DNA from: Hyaloraphidium curvatum SAG 235-1
Taxonomy: Eukaryota > Fungi > Monoblepharomycota
NCBI GenBank assembly: GCA_025558095.1
Contig: JAIVFI010000039.1
Coordinates: 186,001 to 250,000, forward strand
Length of the DNA: 64,000 nt
Direction: 5' to 3'
In this document: positions 1-11,220 of the stretch, one piece after another
How positions within the stretch are numbered: position 1 is the first letter of the stretch
Layout of the letters: each line of letters begins with the position of its first letter
Made by a program: the position numbers and the translations under genes
Notes under the pieces: model-generated
The model's input: only the letters and a program-made list of their open reading frames with translations
What the model was told of the DNA's origin: nothing
The model's database searches: none

Positions 1-1935
1 GTTGCGCACGATGGTGCCCGACATGAATCCGGGCAAAATCGGGACGCCGCCGCCCACACCCGGGGGCAAGGGGCAGGTGGCCTTCTTGAGCGACGCCGGG
101 GTGAGGGTGCCGTTGGCGACGAGGTCCAGCAGAGCTCCGTAAGTGATGTCAATAGGCGGCGGGGGCGTGCAATCGGTGGTGGTGCAGGCGAGACCCGTCG
201 CGTAAATGTACTCTCCGATGTAGGCCTGAGCAGGGTAGATCGGCAGGTCGATGCGCCAATCCGCCGTGGCAAACACGCCCGCGGCGGAGCTGACGTTGGT
301 GGCCCGCGAGCCGGGGTTCCCCTCGCGGTCCGCGAATGCGCCGATCCTATAGGTCGCCGATCCGAAGGTATCGGGTTTGGCCACGGCGCTCTTTGCGAAC
401 CTGTCCTGGATCCAGTGGACCACGGCCGGGTACGTGAACCTGTCGGTGTTGATCGCAAAGGCGGCGGCCGAGTTCTGCCGGGCTGCCGGCCCCAGCGCTC
501 CGCTGAAGTAATCCGTGAGCCTGAAGTTGCCACTGATGCCGTAGCAGTTGCCATTGTCGACGTTCACCACTGCAGTGCCGAGGCACTGGTGCTGCCCGGT
601 GGTGCAGACGGGGTTGAAGACGTTTGGATCGTCGGTGCAGTTGTAGGAGTATGCCGTACGCCAGTCCCACGTATAGCCCAAGCTGGAGCATCCGCCCGCA
701 GCATCCGGGTTGATGGGAGCAATGAACGTGTCGCGGTCAGCAAAATCGCACGATTCGGGGTTAGCGGTGCAGTCGACCACTAAGTGCATTCCCGGGTAAG
801 AGGGATGCGCGACGGGACCAGAAAGTGCACCCACTTTGGAGGGGGAAATCCACCGACTTGGGCTCCAGGGTTGCCGGCAGCCCGTTCTGGGTGATCTTGA
901 GCACGCCGTACACGTTGGCGGCCTTGACGACCACGTCGGGACCGAAATGGCCCGAGGCATCGGGGCCGAGCGAGACCACGTCGACGGTTGAGTTGTCGCT
1001 CATGATGTTGACGGCCCTGACAGAGAATGCGGTGTAGCCCTTGTTGGATCCGGCGATGCGGTACCGCTGGTTCGATCCAAAGTCGACGTTCACTGCGGTG
1101 ATATGCAGGCCCGAGAGCGTGTCCAGGTTGTAGGCGCCCCCGGTCGAGGAGCGGACGATGCCGTCCAGATCGGCGAAGGCGAGGTCGACGAAGGTCAGGG
1201 AGATGTTGGCGGTCGGGGTGCCGGCGCGGGCGACCCATGCGGCCCCGGCGGCCCCGGCGGCGGCCACGCCGGCGCTGTACTTGGGACACTTGGCTGCCGC
1301 GAAAGTCGACGGGCTGCGCAGGACGAGGGTGCTGCCCGCGGGCGGCTGCACCGCCTTTGTGGGGGCGTTGACCGAGGCGGAGCGGCAGGAGTACGAGGCG
1401 CGCACGAGCTTCGAGGTTCCCGGGCACGGGTCGCCGAAGAGGGCGGTGTAGTCGACGGAGCTGGGCAGCGCGCACGACGGGTTGCCGTCGCACAGCTGTG
1501 CGGCGCGCAGTGTGGCCGCGGCGCCGGCGGCGGGCGACAACGAGCAGGAGGAGCTGGCGTCAGGAGTGGTGTTCGGACATGAGGACGGGATGCCGGCGTC
1601 CTGTGCGACATCGCGACCGACTGGACGAAGGGGAAAGGAGATGAGAAGCCGCGGACGGATCGGCAATGCCTGCGCCCACCGAAAAGCGACTCGACGGACA
1701 GCACGAAGCCCGCGGGGCAGCTCAGCTGGGTTGCGTTGGAGCCGCAGGCCCATGCCGAGAGGCCGACCTGCGCGACGGGCGTAGGTGGCTGCGAGGCCCG
1801 CGGCGGGGCGGCCACCCGCACGCCGCCGCGGAGCGGGCCGGCGTGGAACACCGGGAGCGCCGCGGCGGGCGGCGGCAGGAAAGCGCCGGTGAGGGCGAGC
1901 GCAGAGAGGAGCCAGGCGTTGAATGTGCGGCCCAT
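1..1935 (-). CDS. Secreted Cys-rich protein with N-terminal SUEL-type (galactose/rhamnose-binding) lectin domain; 3' end runs off the window
   Basis: Signal peptide MGRTFNAWLLSALALTGAFLPPPAAA. SUEL motif ...CDGNPSC...FGDPCPGTSKLVRASYSC. Two GT-AG introns (~1621-1680, ~780-833). A stop-free frame (VDCTANPESCDFADRD...GTIVRN) continues to position 1. Confidence 0.75.
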
Positions 1936-2767
1936 TTGGGGAGGGTATGAGGGTATGCTGGGTATTGCTCCGAGGTTTGGTGAGGTCTTGACCGGCCGGC
2001 CGCCGCTATAAGTGTCGGCGGGGCGTGGGGCGAAGGGCGTCGATCGAAGGACTCTTCCGGCGGAGCAACCCCAGCCACCGCGAACACCCCGCCCCCTCGC
2101 CCCGCCCCCTTCGAAAAAACTCCTGTTTCACACCCTCTTCCGTGTCAGTTCGAGAGACGACATGTCAAGAAATGCTTGACGTACCTGCTCGGTGATCTTC
2201 ACCGTGGTTCCATGCAAAATGTGCGAGTTGTTGGTGGCCGGTCGTTCAGGGTGCTGTGGCCACAGCACTCCGCCTCCTAGGAAATCCAAGCGGGCGAACG
2301 ATGGAAAGGGGCTTCGTGACGCAGCCACAGTTCCGGTGGATCAGCGAGGGTGGCCCCAAGCGGCAGTTTTCGCCGGTTTCTCCCGAATGGAACTCGGGAA
2401 AAAAGGCCGTGCCGGCCTCTTCTCAATCGGCAATGATGCATGCCGCTAGCAGCTGCCAGAGCTGAGCTTGCATCAGGGCGAGCACTTAACCGCTGCTAGA
2501 GAGCTCGGGGAGGACGGAAGGCAGTTGGAGGGGGTAGAAAGGGAAGAGAAGAGGGTCCGAAAAGGTGAACGCTTCTTTTGTCCTTCGCCTGCTAGGTATC
2601 CATCGGGAATCATGCTCTTCGTCGCCCCTTCTGTCCAGTGCTCCCGCCTCCGCTTCGCTGCCTGCTGAGGATGGCCTCACCGGGTCGCGACGGGCTTCCT
2701 TGGCTCAGATACGGCACGGAAGGACAACCACGCCGCGAGAGCCACCGAACGCGCCACCGCCCAACCT

Positions 2768-3554
2768 TCAGCTCGCCACCGCCTGCTGCTTCGCCCCCGT
2801 GACGTCCCGGACCATCAATACGGCGTCCGGCGGCGACACCTCGCGCTCCTTGTAGAAGCCCTCGACGGTTTCCCGCTCCTCGAACCCGTTGCGCGAGTAG
2901 AACCGCCGCCCATCATCGTTCGATACCGCGACGTGGACCGCGACCTCCGATATTCGCTTGTCCGAGGCGGAGACCGAGACGGCGTGGTCCAGGAGGCGCT
3001 GGCCTGTCGGAACACGGCGCAGGATCAGACCTTAGGCACTGAAGGGCGTCACAACGCGGAAGTCAGCAGCACCCACCGACTCCCAAGCGCCGATAGGGGG
3101 CGAGGACGGCGATGGTGAGGATGTTCAGGCGCGTCTTCTGCGCTCCCGGCACCGGTTCCCGCTTCCCCACGATCCCGCCCACGCAGACGTCGTTCATGTA
3201 CGCTGCGCGGCGGTAACAGACCAATCATGGCGGAATTCGTGGCAATCAGCACCGCTCGCCGTCCAGGGAGGCGGGGAACCCACCCAGCTTGGCAAACTCG
3301 CCGGCCTCCAGCGCGTCCTTGTAGAACTTGTCGCCGTACCGCACCGGAAACACCACCGAATTGATCGTCTGCACCGATCCCGCGCGCATCAAGGCGCGTT
3401 TGCGGGCCCGCGCCGGAGTGGGACCCACCTGCAGCTGCTTCAGGTTGTTGGCCGTCAAGTCGCCAAGCGTGATCTTGACGTGCGGAGAGGGAACGTGGCC
3501 GTTGGCAGTGGGTTTTGCCGCGTCGGCCGACGACGATGGAGGGTCGGACGTCAT
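2768..3554 (-). CDS. NAA50: N-terminal acetyltransferase Naa50/Nat5-like (GNAT), 4 exons
   Basis: Spliced product ITLGDLTANNLKQLQTINSVVFPVRYGDKFYKDALEAGEFAKLAYMNDVCVGG...ILTIAVLAPYRRLGVG...HVAVSNDDGRRFYSRNGF...DAVLM matches Naa50. Three GTGGGT..CAG introns. Confidence 0.88.
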
Positions 3555-4151
3555 TCTGAAGGGGGGGGACGCGCGGGGCGACTAGCGACAGGAAAATGGG
3601 GACGCCGCGACGCTTGAAGATCAACAATGGAGCTTTCCCGCCCCAAACGGCACGTGGTGTCCTCTACGAGATGGAATCCTGGTCTACTGTGCTTTTCCCC
3701 GCTACATTAGTCTCGTCTTTGAACATGGGAGGGTGCTACGTCGACGAAAGCGCCTCGAAAAGGTCCTCAGCGAGGCAACAGATTTCCAGGGATCGGCGGT
3801 CAATGAGGCCTTCTCAAAAGGCCAAGCTTGGAGAGTGAGTTCTCGACCCGTGCTCCAAAGGGTTAGCGTCCATAAGGGCGTTGCGCAACGGTGCCGGCCG
3901 GTGTTTGCGCGAATTTGCCGAGGATTACGCCACTTTGCCTCCAGTGAACTCCGAATCACCAAATCGGGCCGCACCACCCATCTAGGGCCCGGCCATCCTA
4001 TGGCATTGCGCATCATTCGCCAAATGTCGAAATCGCCGATTTCGAAAGCACTCCCGGGGGATAAAACCAGAGCCCGACCGCTGCCACTCGGCATCGAACC
4101 TCGACAGCCTTCTACCGCCTCAGTCGCCTCGAACCTCTTCCCACGCACCAA

Positions 4152-5117
4152 ATGGCCGCCAACGCCACCAACTTCAAGTCCGTCGCCGTGCTAGGCGGCA
4201 CTGGCCTCGTCGGGCGCCCCCTCGTTCCCGAGCTCCTTGACGCCGGGTTTGACGTGACCGTCGTCACCCGCCGCGCCGACGCCGAGGTGCCCGCGGGCGC
4301 CCGCACCGCGGAGGTGAAGGATCCTGAGGACGCTGAGCGCCTCGCCGAGGTCTTCAAGGGCATCGACGTGGTGGTTTCGGTGCTCAACTACCCCGCTGGT
4401 GCCAAGGCGCAGGGCGCGGCGATCGAGGCCGCTGCCCGCGCGGGCGTGAAGCGCTTCGTGCTCTCTGAGTTTGGACTGGACCATGCCTCTGCGCCGCCCC
4501 ACGTCGCCGCCGTCCTCGCGGGCAAGAAGGCCGCGCAGGAGCATGCGGCCAAGGCCGGCCTGGAGTGGTCCGGGATCGCCACCGGATTCTTCATCGAGAA
4601 CCTCGCCTGGGGCCCCTTCTTCACCGGCATCGACGCGGCAAACGGGACTGCCAAGGTGCTCGGGGACGGGAACGCCAAGGCCACCTACACGAGCCTCCGC
4701 GACATCGCCAAGGCCACGGCCGCGGCACTCAAGCGCAAGGACACCGCGAACCGGTACATCAACATTGGTGGCCAGGAAGTGTCGGACAACGAGCTGATTG
4801 CCACCTTCGAGAACCTGACCGGTGAGTTCCCCCCTTGCTCCGATCGCAGCCCGAGCTGACCCCTTCCCATACATCCAGGCAAGAAGTTCGCCATCAACCA
4901 CGTCGACACGGCGGTCGTCCAGCAGGCCCTGGCGGAGAAGTTCGACTTCATTGGCTTCTTGCAGCTCGCCAAGGCCAACGGGCACGCCCTCCTCAAGAAC
5001 AACGAGCTCGCGGAACTGGTTCCCGGCGGCCGGCCGTACACCGTCGAGGACTACCTCAAGGCGACCAAGATCGGGACGGAGACCTCGGCGGACTGGTACG
5101 ACCGCGTGACGGCTTGA
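4152..5117 (+). CDS. NmrA-like / isoflavone reductase-like NAD(P)-binding protein
   Basis: VAVLGGTGLVG Rossmann motif, AAARAGVKRFVLSEFG, TSLRDIAK. One intron 4822-4878; stop TGA at 5115-5117. Confidence 0.88.
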
Positions 5118-5365
5118 CTGAGGATGGCGAGCTTCTCCGGGAGAGTTGTAGATGCATGTTGTTCGATTGTCGTTTTCCAATGAGATGATATCGTTGCAAT
5201 GTCACATCCATCTTCGAGCATCCGTCAAATCTCTATCCCAGTTGTCTATGTCTGTTGGAGGGGATGGCAGACTGCCGCCTTGGCGCGGGCGGAGACTTCG
5301 GAGATCACTCCCATCACTGGTGGGAGACATCGGGCAAACCCCCATCGCGCCCCCGAGCTGCCGCA

Positions 5366-6283
5366 ATGGCCGAAACCGCGGCGAAAGCGCCCTTCAACGC
5401 CACCGCGTCTCCCGCGGGCGGCCTGCTCTCCGCCGCCCCGCCCACGGACGTGCTCGTGTTTTACTGCTCCCTGGTGGCCTGGGTGGCGCTCCTCGCCTCG
5501 GGCGTCAAGAACCGGTCCTTCGGGCCCTTCCTCGTCTTTGGCAACGTTCTTCTTGTTTTCCTCAATCTGCGGTATTTCTTGGAGGGCCCGGAAAGGGGTA
5601 TAGCCTTCTTCGTTGCGCTGTACGATATGCTGCACAACCTGGGAGCCGGCGGTAGCGGTGCCGCTGCGCTTGCGACCTGCGCCGATAATTCCTGCTCATC
5701 GTGGAGCGCGTATCGCTGGCATCCCAGCTGGGGAGTTTCCTTCTACAATCGCTTCAGCTCCGGCAACGCTGTCCGCGAAACCCTGCTCCTGTGCCACATC
5801 GCCGGAAACTCGCTCGCATTCCTGGCCATGACCGTCAACATGTTCAGGCCGGGATACGGCGCCACCGCGGCGGCCCACAAGGCTGTGGGCTACTTCTCGA
5901 TGCTCTCGCTGCTGGTCGGCGTCGCCTGCGCCTGCTTGCTCGCCTCGGAGCACGGCCCGATCGGCAACTACGGCGGGGAGCGGGCCAAGTGGGGTTTCTA
6001 TTCCATGGCGACGTGCGTCTATACCAGCGCGGCCATGGGCATGCTCGCGATCTGGAAAGGCGACGTGCCCTCCCACCGCCGGTGGATGTTCAGGTACGCC
6101 GGCTCCATGTGGGGATCGTTTTGGTTGTTCAGGGTCATGGAGTTCCTCATCGGGCCGCTGCTCCGCGGCTGGAACACGGCGTCCATCCTTCTGGACATCT
6201 GGGCGTCCGCTCCGCTGGGGATCCTGCTCGCGGAGGCGATCCGCGTGCGGGAGGATTCGGGGAAGGTGAAGAAGTCGGCCTGA
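5366..6283 (+). CDS. Intronless multi-pass membrane protein, DUF2306-like C-terminal half
   Basis: About 7 hydrophobic segments. Motifs CHIAG, HKAVGY and HRRWMFRYAG are typical of DUF2306 membrane proteins. Confidence 0.7.
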   Translation: MAETAAKAPFNATASPAGGLLSAAPPTDVLVFYCSLVAWVALLASGVKNRSFGPFLVFGNVLLVFLNLRYFLEGPERGIAFFVALYDMLHNLGAGGSGAAALATCADNSCSSWSAYRWHPSWGVSFYNRFSSGNAVRETLLLCHIAGNSLAFLAMTVNMFRPGYGATAAAHKAVGYFSMLSLLVGVACACLLASEHGPIGNYGGERAKWGFYSMATCVYTSAAMGMLAIWKGDVPSHRRWMFRYAGSMWGSFWLFRVMEFLIGPLLRGWNTASILLDIWASAPLGILLAEAIRVREDSGKVKKSA

Positions 6284-6673
6284 GGAATCCAAGTGAGAAC
6301 AAGTGGGCCCAATGCGGACCCGGTCGCAAGACACTCGTTGGAAGTTGGAGCTCGTTAGTTTGGATCTCGCGGGATGAAGTCGGGAGTTGGGAGATCTGTG
6401 GTCTCCCAAGGGGTGCGAAGTCTGTGTTGTTCCTTCGGCGCTGGGTGGGAGAGTGTGCAGTCTTGGGCCACGATCGGATGTATACAGTCGCTGTCAGTCG
6501 TCAGTTTTCATTCGATGTTGGCTTCGAAGCCCGAAAGTCTGCAGAGCATCGCGGATTCAACAACTTGTCAGCGGTGATTCGTCGTCAGTCACCCGCAGGC
6601 CAGCTGCTCCGCGGGTCCCAGAACCACAACCAACCCGGAGTAGAACTCCGGCTGGCGGGGCCGGGACGGCGCC

Positions 6674-9600
6674 ATGCCGTCCGCGCGGCGGTGCCTCGAG
6701 GGCGTCATCGCGACGACGACGGGGCTCGAGGTCGACGAGCGGGTGCGCGTCCCGCGGTCTCTCCTCCCTCCCCCCTCACCCCTCCCGCTCCCTCGCAGGA
6801 CGCGCTCAAGGCGCAGCTCGAGCAGATGGGCGCGCGGATGTCGTCGCACCTCCACGGCGACTGCACGCACCTCATCGCGCGCGAGCACGGCTCGAAGAAG
6901 GCCCAGGCGCGTCGCCTATCAGACGACCGCACGACCCCAACTGACGCACACTGCGCCGTCTCGCAGGTCGCGTCGACCCTGCCGACGATCCTGATAGTGA
7001 CGCCGGACTGGGTCCAGGCGTGCTACGAGCGCCGGAACGACCCGAACTTCGACCACCGGGCCGTGGGTCGCCTTCGGCTCTATGGAGGTGCACGGACTCA
7101 AGGGTGCCCCGCAGATCGCATCCAAGTTCCTCCTGCCACCTTTCATCAACCTGGTCATCTGCCTGACCAACTTTGACGTCGGTGGGGTCGGCTGAAGGCA
7201 CTTCGCACCTTGTTGCGGGACACCGACTCGTTCCTCCCAGACGAAGTCGACCGCAGCCGAATCGAGGCCCTCACGGTGCAAAACGGCGGCTCCTATACCG
7301 CGGACCTCAACCGGTCCGTCACGCACCTCATCTGTGCCCACCCCGGGGGCAACAAGTGGAACTTTGCCGAGACCTTCAAGATGCAGACCGTGAGCATCGA
7401 CTGGTTCTGGGACTGCGTCCGGAAAAAGAGTGCGTGGCTCCTTCGCAACGCGGGAACGCTTGGATTTGCTCATCTTCCGAGTGTCCAGCGCGTCTGCCCG
7501 AGGACCAGTACCCCGTGCCACCGAAGGCCGAGCCGCAGTCCGCCAAGAAGGCGCCGTCTTCCAGCGTCGCCGAGACCGCGCCTGCTGCCAAGCCGCAGCG
7601 CTCCTCGGGCGTTGCGGCCACTGCCGCGCCCCCGCCCAGGCCGAACCTAGCCCCCGCCGCCGCGTCGCGGGCCCCCGAGGACGTCGACGGCATCGCGGGG
7701 TTGCTCGCGGAGCACAGCTCGCAGCAGGACCACGCCGAGTACCTCGCCAACACGCGGATATACTTCAGCCAGGAGTTTGCGGCGGACAAGAAGGCGCAGC
7801 TGCGCCGGATCGTGCGAATCGGCGGAGGTATGACCAGCGACGACTATTCGACGTCGGTCACGCACTTTGTCTGCCGAGACATGCAGGTGGCTGCCAGGTT
7901 GGTCACGTCCAGAGTGCTTTGACCTTTAGAGTTGTGCTCACCCGTCTTGCCAGCGACGAAGCCCAGCTCAAGCTCCACAAGCGCCTTCCCCACGTCGTGC
8001 ACTACTATTGGCTCCGCGAATCCCTCCGCCAGCAGGCCCTGGCCCCCCTCCCCGGGTTTGCTGTCGCCCTCCCCCCCTCCCTCGCTCCCCCACCTCCCCA
8101 GGCGCCCCAGCCTGCCTCGCAGGCCCCCGCGCAGCCCGCCCGCCCGCAGATCCGCCGCGCCGGCAAGTCCGGCGACAGGATGGGCGAGATGCTCTCGGTG
8201 CTGCAGGAGGAGCTGCCCCCCGCGCACGGCAAGCCGCCCGTGGCGCCGCAAAGGCGCCGCAGCGGGGCCGGATCGGGCTCGGCGAGGGCGGGGTACGGCG
8301 CGCTGGACATTGCGGACGCGAAGCCGCCGCCGGCCAAGGAGGCGAAACCGGTGTCGGCGCCGGTGGCGGGGACGGGCAGGCACGAGGCGTTGGCAGATAC
8401 GCCGCAGGCCGCGGTCGCGCCCGCGGTGGAGGAGGAGCTGCGGGATGGCACTGTGTTCCAGGGGGTCACCATCGTTTGCTACGGGTTCCCGGATGAAACG
8501 GTGGGCTTGTCGTACGATGCTCTTGTCGCTTATGCTGACGATGCCTCAGTTTGATTCGATAAAACGCGGCGTAGAGGCCCAGCAGGGCCGCTGCGTGAGG
8601 GAGCCGCCGAGGGCGCAGATCGGAGCTTGCTACGTCGTTGTGCCGCTCAATTGGTGCGTCCTGCTCTGGACTGCTTAGTCTCGGAACTAACGTGCTTCGT
8701 CCTGCAGTTCGGATCTGCCGCAGCACGTGGCGGAAGCCGGCACCGTGGCGACCGCGTACTGGCTGCAGTCCTGCGTGGACGACGAGCGGCTCTACTCCCC
8801 CAACGACCACGTCCTGTTCCGGCCCTCGGCCCACCGCCTGCCCCTCGAGTGCTTCGCCGGCCTCGTCATGTGCGTGTCTGGGTACGTCGACGGGACGGAG
8901 CGCGAGGTCTTGGGGCGGCTGGTCACGGACCTGGGCGGGAAGTGGTCCGAGCAGCTTTCGCGCCGGACGACGCACCTCGTGTTCAACACGGCGGCGGGCG
9001 AGCGGTCCGCCAAGTACGAGAAGGCGCTCGAGTGGGGCGCGACCGCTGTGAGCGCCGAGTGGCTTTACGCGTGCCTGGCCGAGGTTGGTTTCTTGTAGCC
9101 TTGGAACTGCGTTGCATTTGCTGACGTCTTTGGCTGCAGGGCCGGCTTGTGGACACGGCCGACCACGCGCCCGTGGATTTGGCCTCCCTCGTGCAGAAGG
9201 AGAACCTGCCTTCTTCCTCCCGCTCCTTCACCTTCCGCCGGCCGGTGGAGGGCACGCCCGTCGACGTCGCGGCCAAGGTCGGCACGCTGACGACGCGCTG
9301 CCTCTATGCCGCGCGGTCCGGCGGGGACGCGGCCCTCCTGCATCCGCGGATGAGGAAGGCGGGCGGGTCCGGCGGGCCGTTGGCGGAGGCGGGGGCCGAG
9401 ACTCCGGCGAGCGACGGCGGAGGCTTCGGCGCGGCGGTCGATGAGCTCGTTAGCGGCAGCAGGGTGAGTTGCTCTGGCGCACCGTCACGTTCGCGGCTCT
9501 GACGCCTCACTGTCTGCAGCCTTCCGCGCGGCACCGCGTTCGCCCCGCCAAGAAGGAGCCCGTCCCTCCCGCGCCTGAGGACGGCGATTCCCAGGGCAAC

Positions 9601-9825
9601 GCGCTGCCCCTGCTCGGCGGCCCCTCGCAGGAGGCGCGCCCCGCCGGCGGCGGCATCACCTACGACGACCCCGACGGGCGGGTGGAGAAGCGCAAGCTAA
9701 TGGAGCAGGTGACGGCCAGCAAGAGGCTGCGGACGCCCAAGATGGAGTCGCGGACGGTGGACGTGGTGTCGGCGGAGGAGGTAGCGGCGATCAGGCCGAG
9801 GACGGTGTCGAGGCCCGCGAGGTGA
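6674..9825 (+). CDS. Multi-BRCT DNA replication/checkpoint scaffold Rad4/Cut5/Dpb11/TopBP1 family
   Basis: Five BRCT-like repeats after splicing about 10 introns (CTHLIA..VTPDWVQAC; VTHLIC..VSIDWFWDC; VTHFVC..VHYYWLRES; ATAYWLQSC; TTHLVF..KYEKALEWG..VSAEWLYAC). C-terminal ITYDDPDGR motif. Confidence 0.85.
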
Positions 9826-9916
9826 TGGGGAGGTTGGAGTCGGACGACGATACCTATACCGCTTTATCGGATTGTCAATGGAACTGATCCATCTAGTTGT
9901 TCACTGCGAATCTCCT

Positions 9917-10984
9917 TTACGCCATCTCCATCGCCAACGCCTCGGCGTTGAGCCCCTCCCCAAAGTCTTGCTTGGCCACGTCGGGCTCCTCTTCCTCGAA
10001 ATCCCATTCGTCTTCGGAAGGAGGGTCCACGAGTTTCGGCCTCTTGACGATCTCATCTTCGACCACGGCCCGTTTGATCGTGTAAGTCATGGACGATGAG
10101 GCGCCGTAGTCCTCGGTGCAACCGTCCACGTCGACCGAGCCCGTGCCGTCGGCATTCCACCTCTCGCTCCACACGTCGTTCTCGAACTTGAACCGCTTTT
10201 CGGCGCCCTGATCGCCGTTCAGTAGGGCGTTGATCGCTTCGGCCGCTTCGGCTCCGAATTCGTCCTCTCCGCGGAACGCATAGTGGTACACGTCCGGCAC
10301 GAGCTCGCTGGAATGATGGTTCTCCTGCATCATGGCGCGCATGGCGACCTTGGCGGCGCGGCACGAGGTGAAGACCCTGACCACGTGCGTCGCGCCGCAA
10401 CCTTGGCCGGAGTGGTACTCTGCCGTCATCACCCAGAGCCCCGCCTCGAACGACGAATCCGAAGCGGCGTCGTCTTTCTCCGACGAAGAATCGTCGTCGA
10501 TCGGGGTGCTCGCCACCGGCAGCCTCCAAATGTCCGCAGGCCCCTCCTCCCCGAACGATCGGGCGTATGCTTCCTTCGCAGCAGCGTACCGCTCGCCCCG
10601 TCCCTCGTCCTCCCCGATCGGTTTGCGGTCAAGTACTCTCTCGTCTGCTGGCAGATCGTCCAGCGCCTCGTTACAGATCGCCAGGTATTCGCGCGGAAAG
10701 GATAGCAGCGCTTTCCACGCCTCGTCGATCGTCGGCGGCGCAGCGAACTTCCCGTCGTCCGTGTCCGAGTGCAAAGCCTTGAGCGTGAGGAACCGCAGGA
10801 GCTCCTTCGTCGTGCGCGCGGGCAGCTTGCGCTCGGCGAGGGCGGCGCGGAGCGCGGGGGTGTCGGCGCGGGCGAGGGCGGCGGCGATCCGGGCGAGGCG
10901 CGCGTGGCCGGCGGGGAGCAGGTCGTCGGCGGCAAGATGGGCGGGTTCGTCGTGGCCGGGGCCGAGCGAGGGCGACGTGGCCAT
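9917..10984 (-). CDS. Intronless hypothetical acidic protein; N-terminal segment resembles glycine-rich-domain-containing (DUF1399-like) helical domain
   Basis: 355-aa ORF with host-like codon bias. ELLRFLTLK...APPTIDEAWKALL..PREY resembles the E..RF..L..P...D..WH...Y pattern of that family. Confidence 0.65.
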   Translation of the reverse strand: MATSPSLGPGHDEPAHLAADDLLPAGHARLARIAAALARADTPALRAALAERKLPARTTKELLRFLTLKALHSDTDDGKFAAPPTIDEAWKALLSFPREYLAICNEALDDLPADERVLDRKPIGEDEGRGERYAAAKEAYARSFGEEGPADIWRLPVASTPIDDDSSSEKDDAASDSSFEAGLWVMTAEYHSGQGCGATHVVRVFTSCRAAKVAMRAMMQENHHSSELVPDVYHYAFRGEDEFGAEAAEAINALLNGDQGAEKRFKFENDVWSERWNADGTGSVDVDGCTEDYGASSSMTYTIKRAVVEDEIVKRPKLVDPPSEDEWDFEEEEPDVAKQDFGEGLNAEALAMEMA

Positions 10985-11220
10985 GGCGGAAGATGTGCGA
11001 TACTGAAATCAGTGAGAAAATAGAGGGGTCAGATCGTTGAATCCTGTCTCGTCTTCCGAATCGTTGCTATGCCCCTACGACTGTACACGCCATGCATTAG
11101 TTCTATAGGATAGTTTCCTCAGAGACAGAGGGCCGCAAGCATGCTACCGATCCACAAGAAGGGAGGCGAGCCGGCCTCCGTTTTCGTCCTGTCCACTGCT
11201 CCCGGCGCGGGGCATCACCA

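Noticed and set aside
1936-4151. tRNA, snRNA, snoRNA or CRISPR in the longer intergenic stretches (also 12213-13047, 17535-18387, 57570-58153)
   Set aside because: No cloverleaf, box motifs or regularly spaced repeats recognisable by eye; Infernal/tRNAscan would be needed to exclude them.
5701-7176. 491-aa ORF apparently fusing the DUF2306 region with the BRCT gene
   Set aside because: Off-frame read-through across a CDS, intergenic DNA and introns; only exons 2-3 of Rad4 are in this frame.
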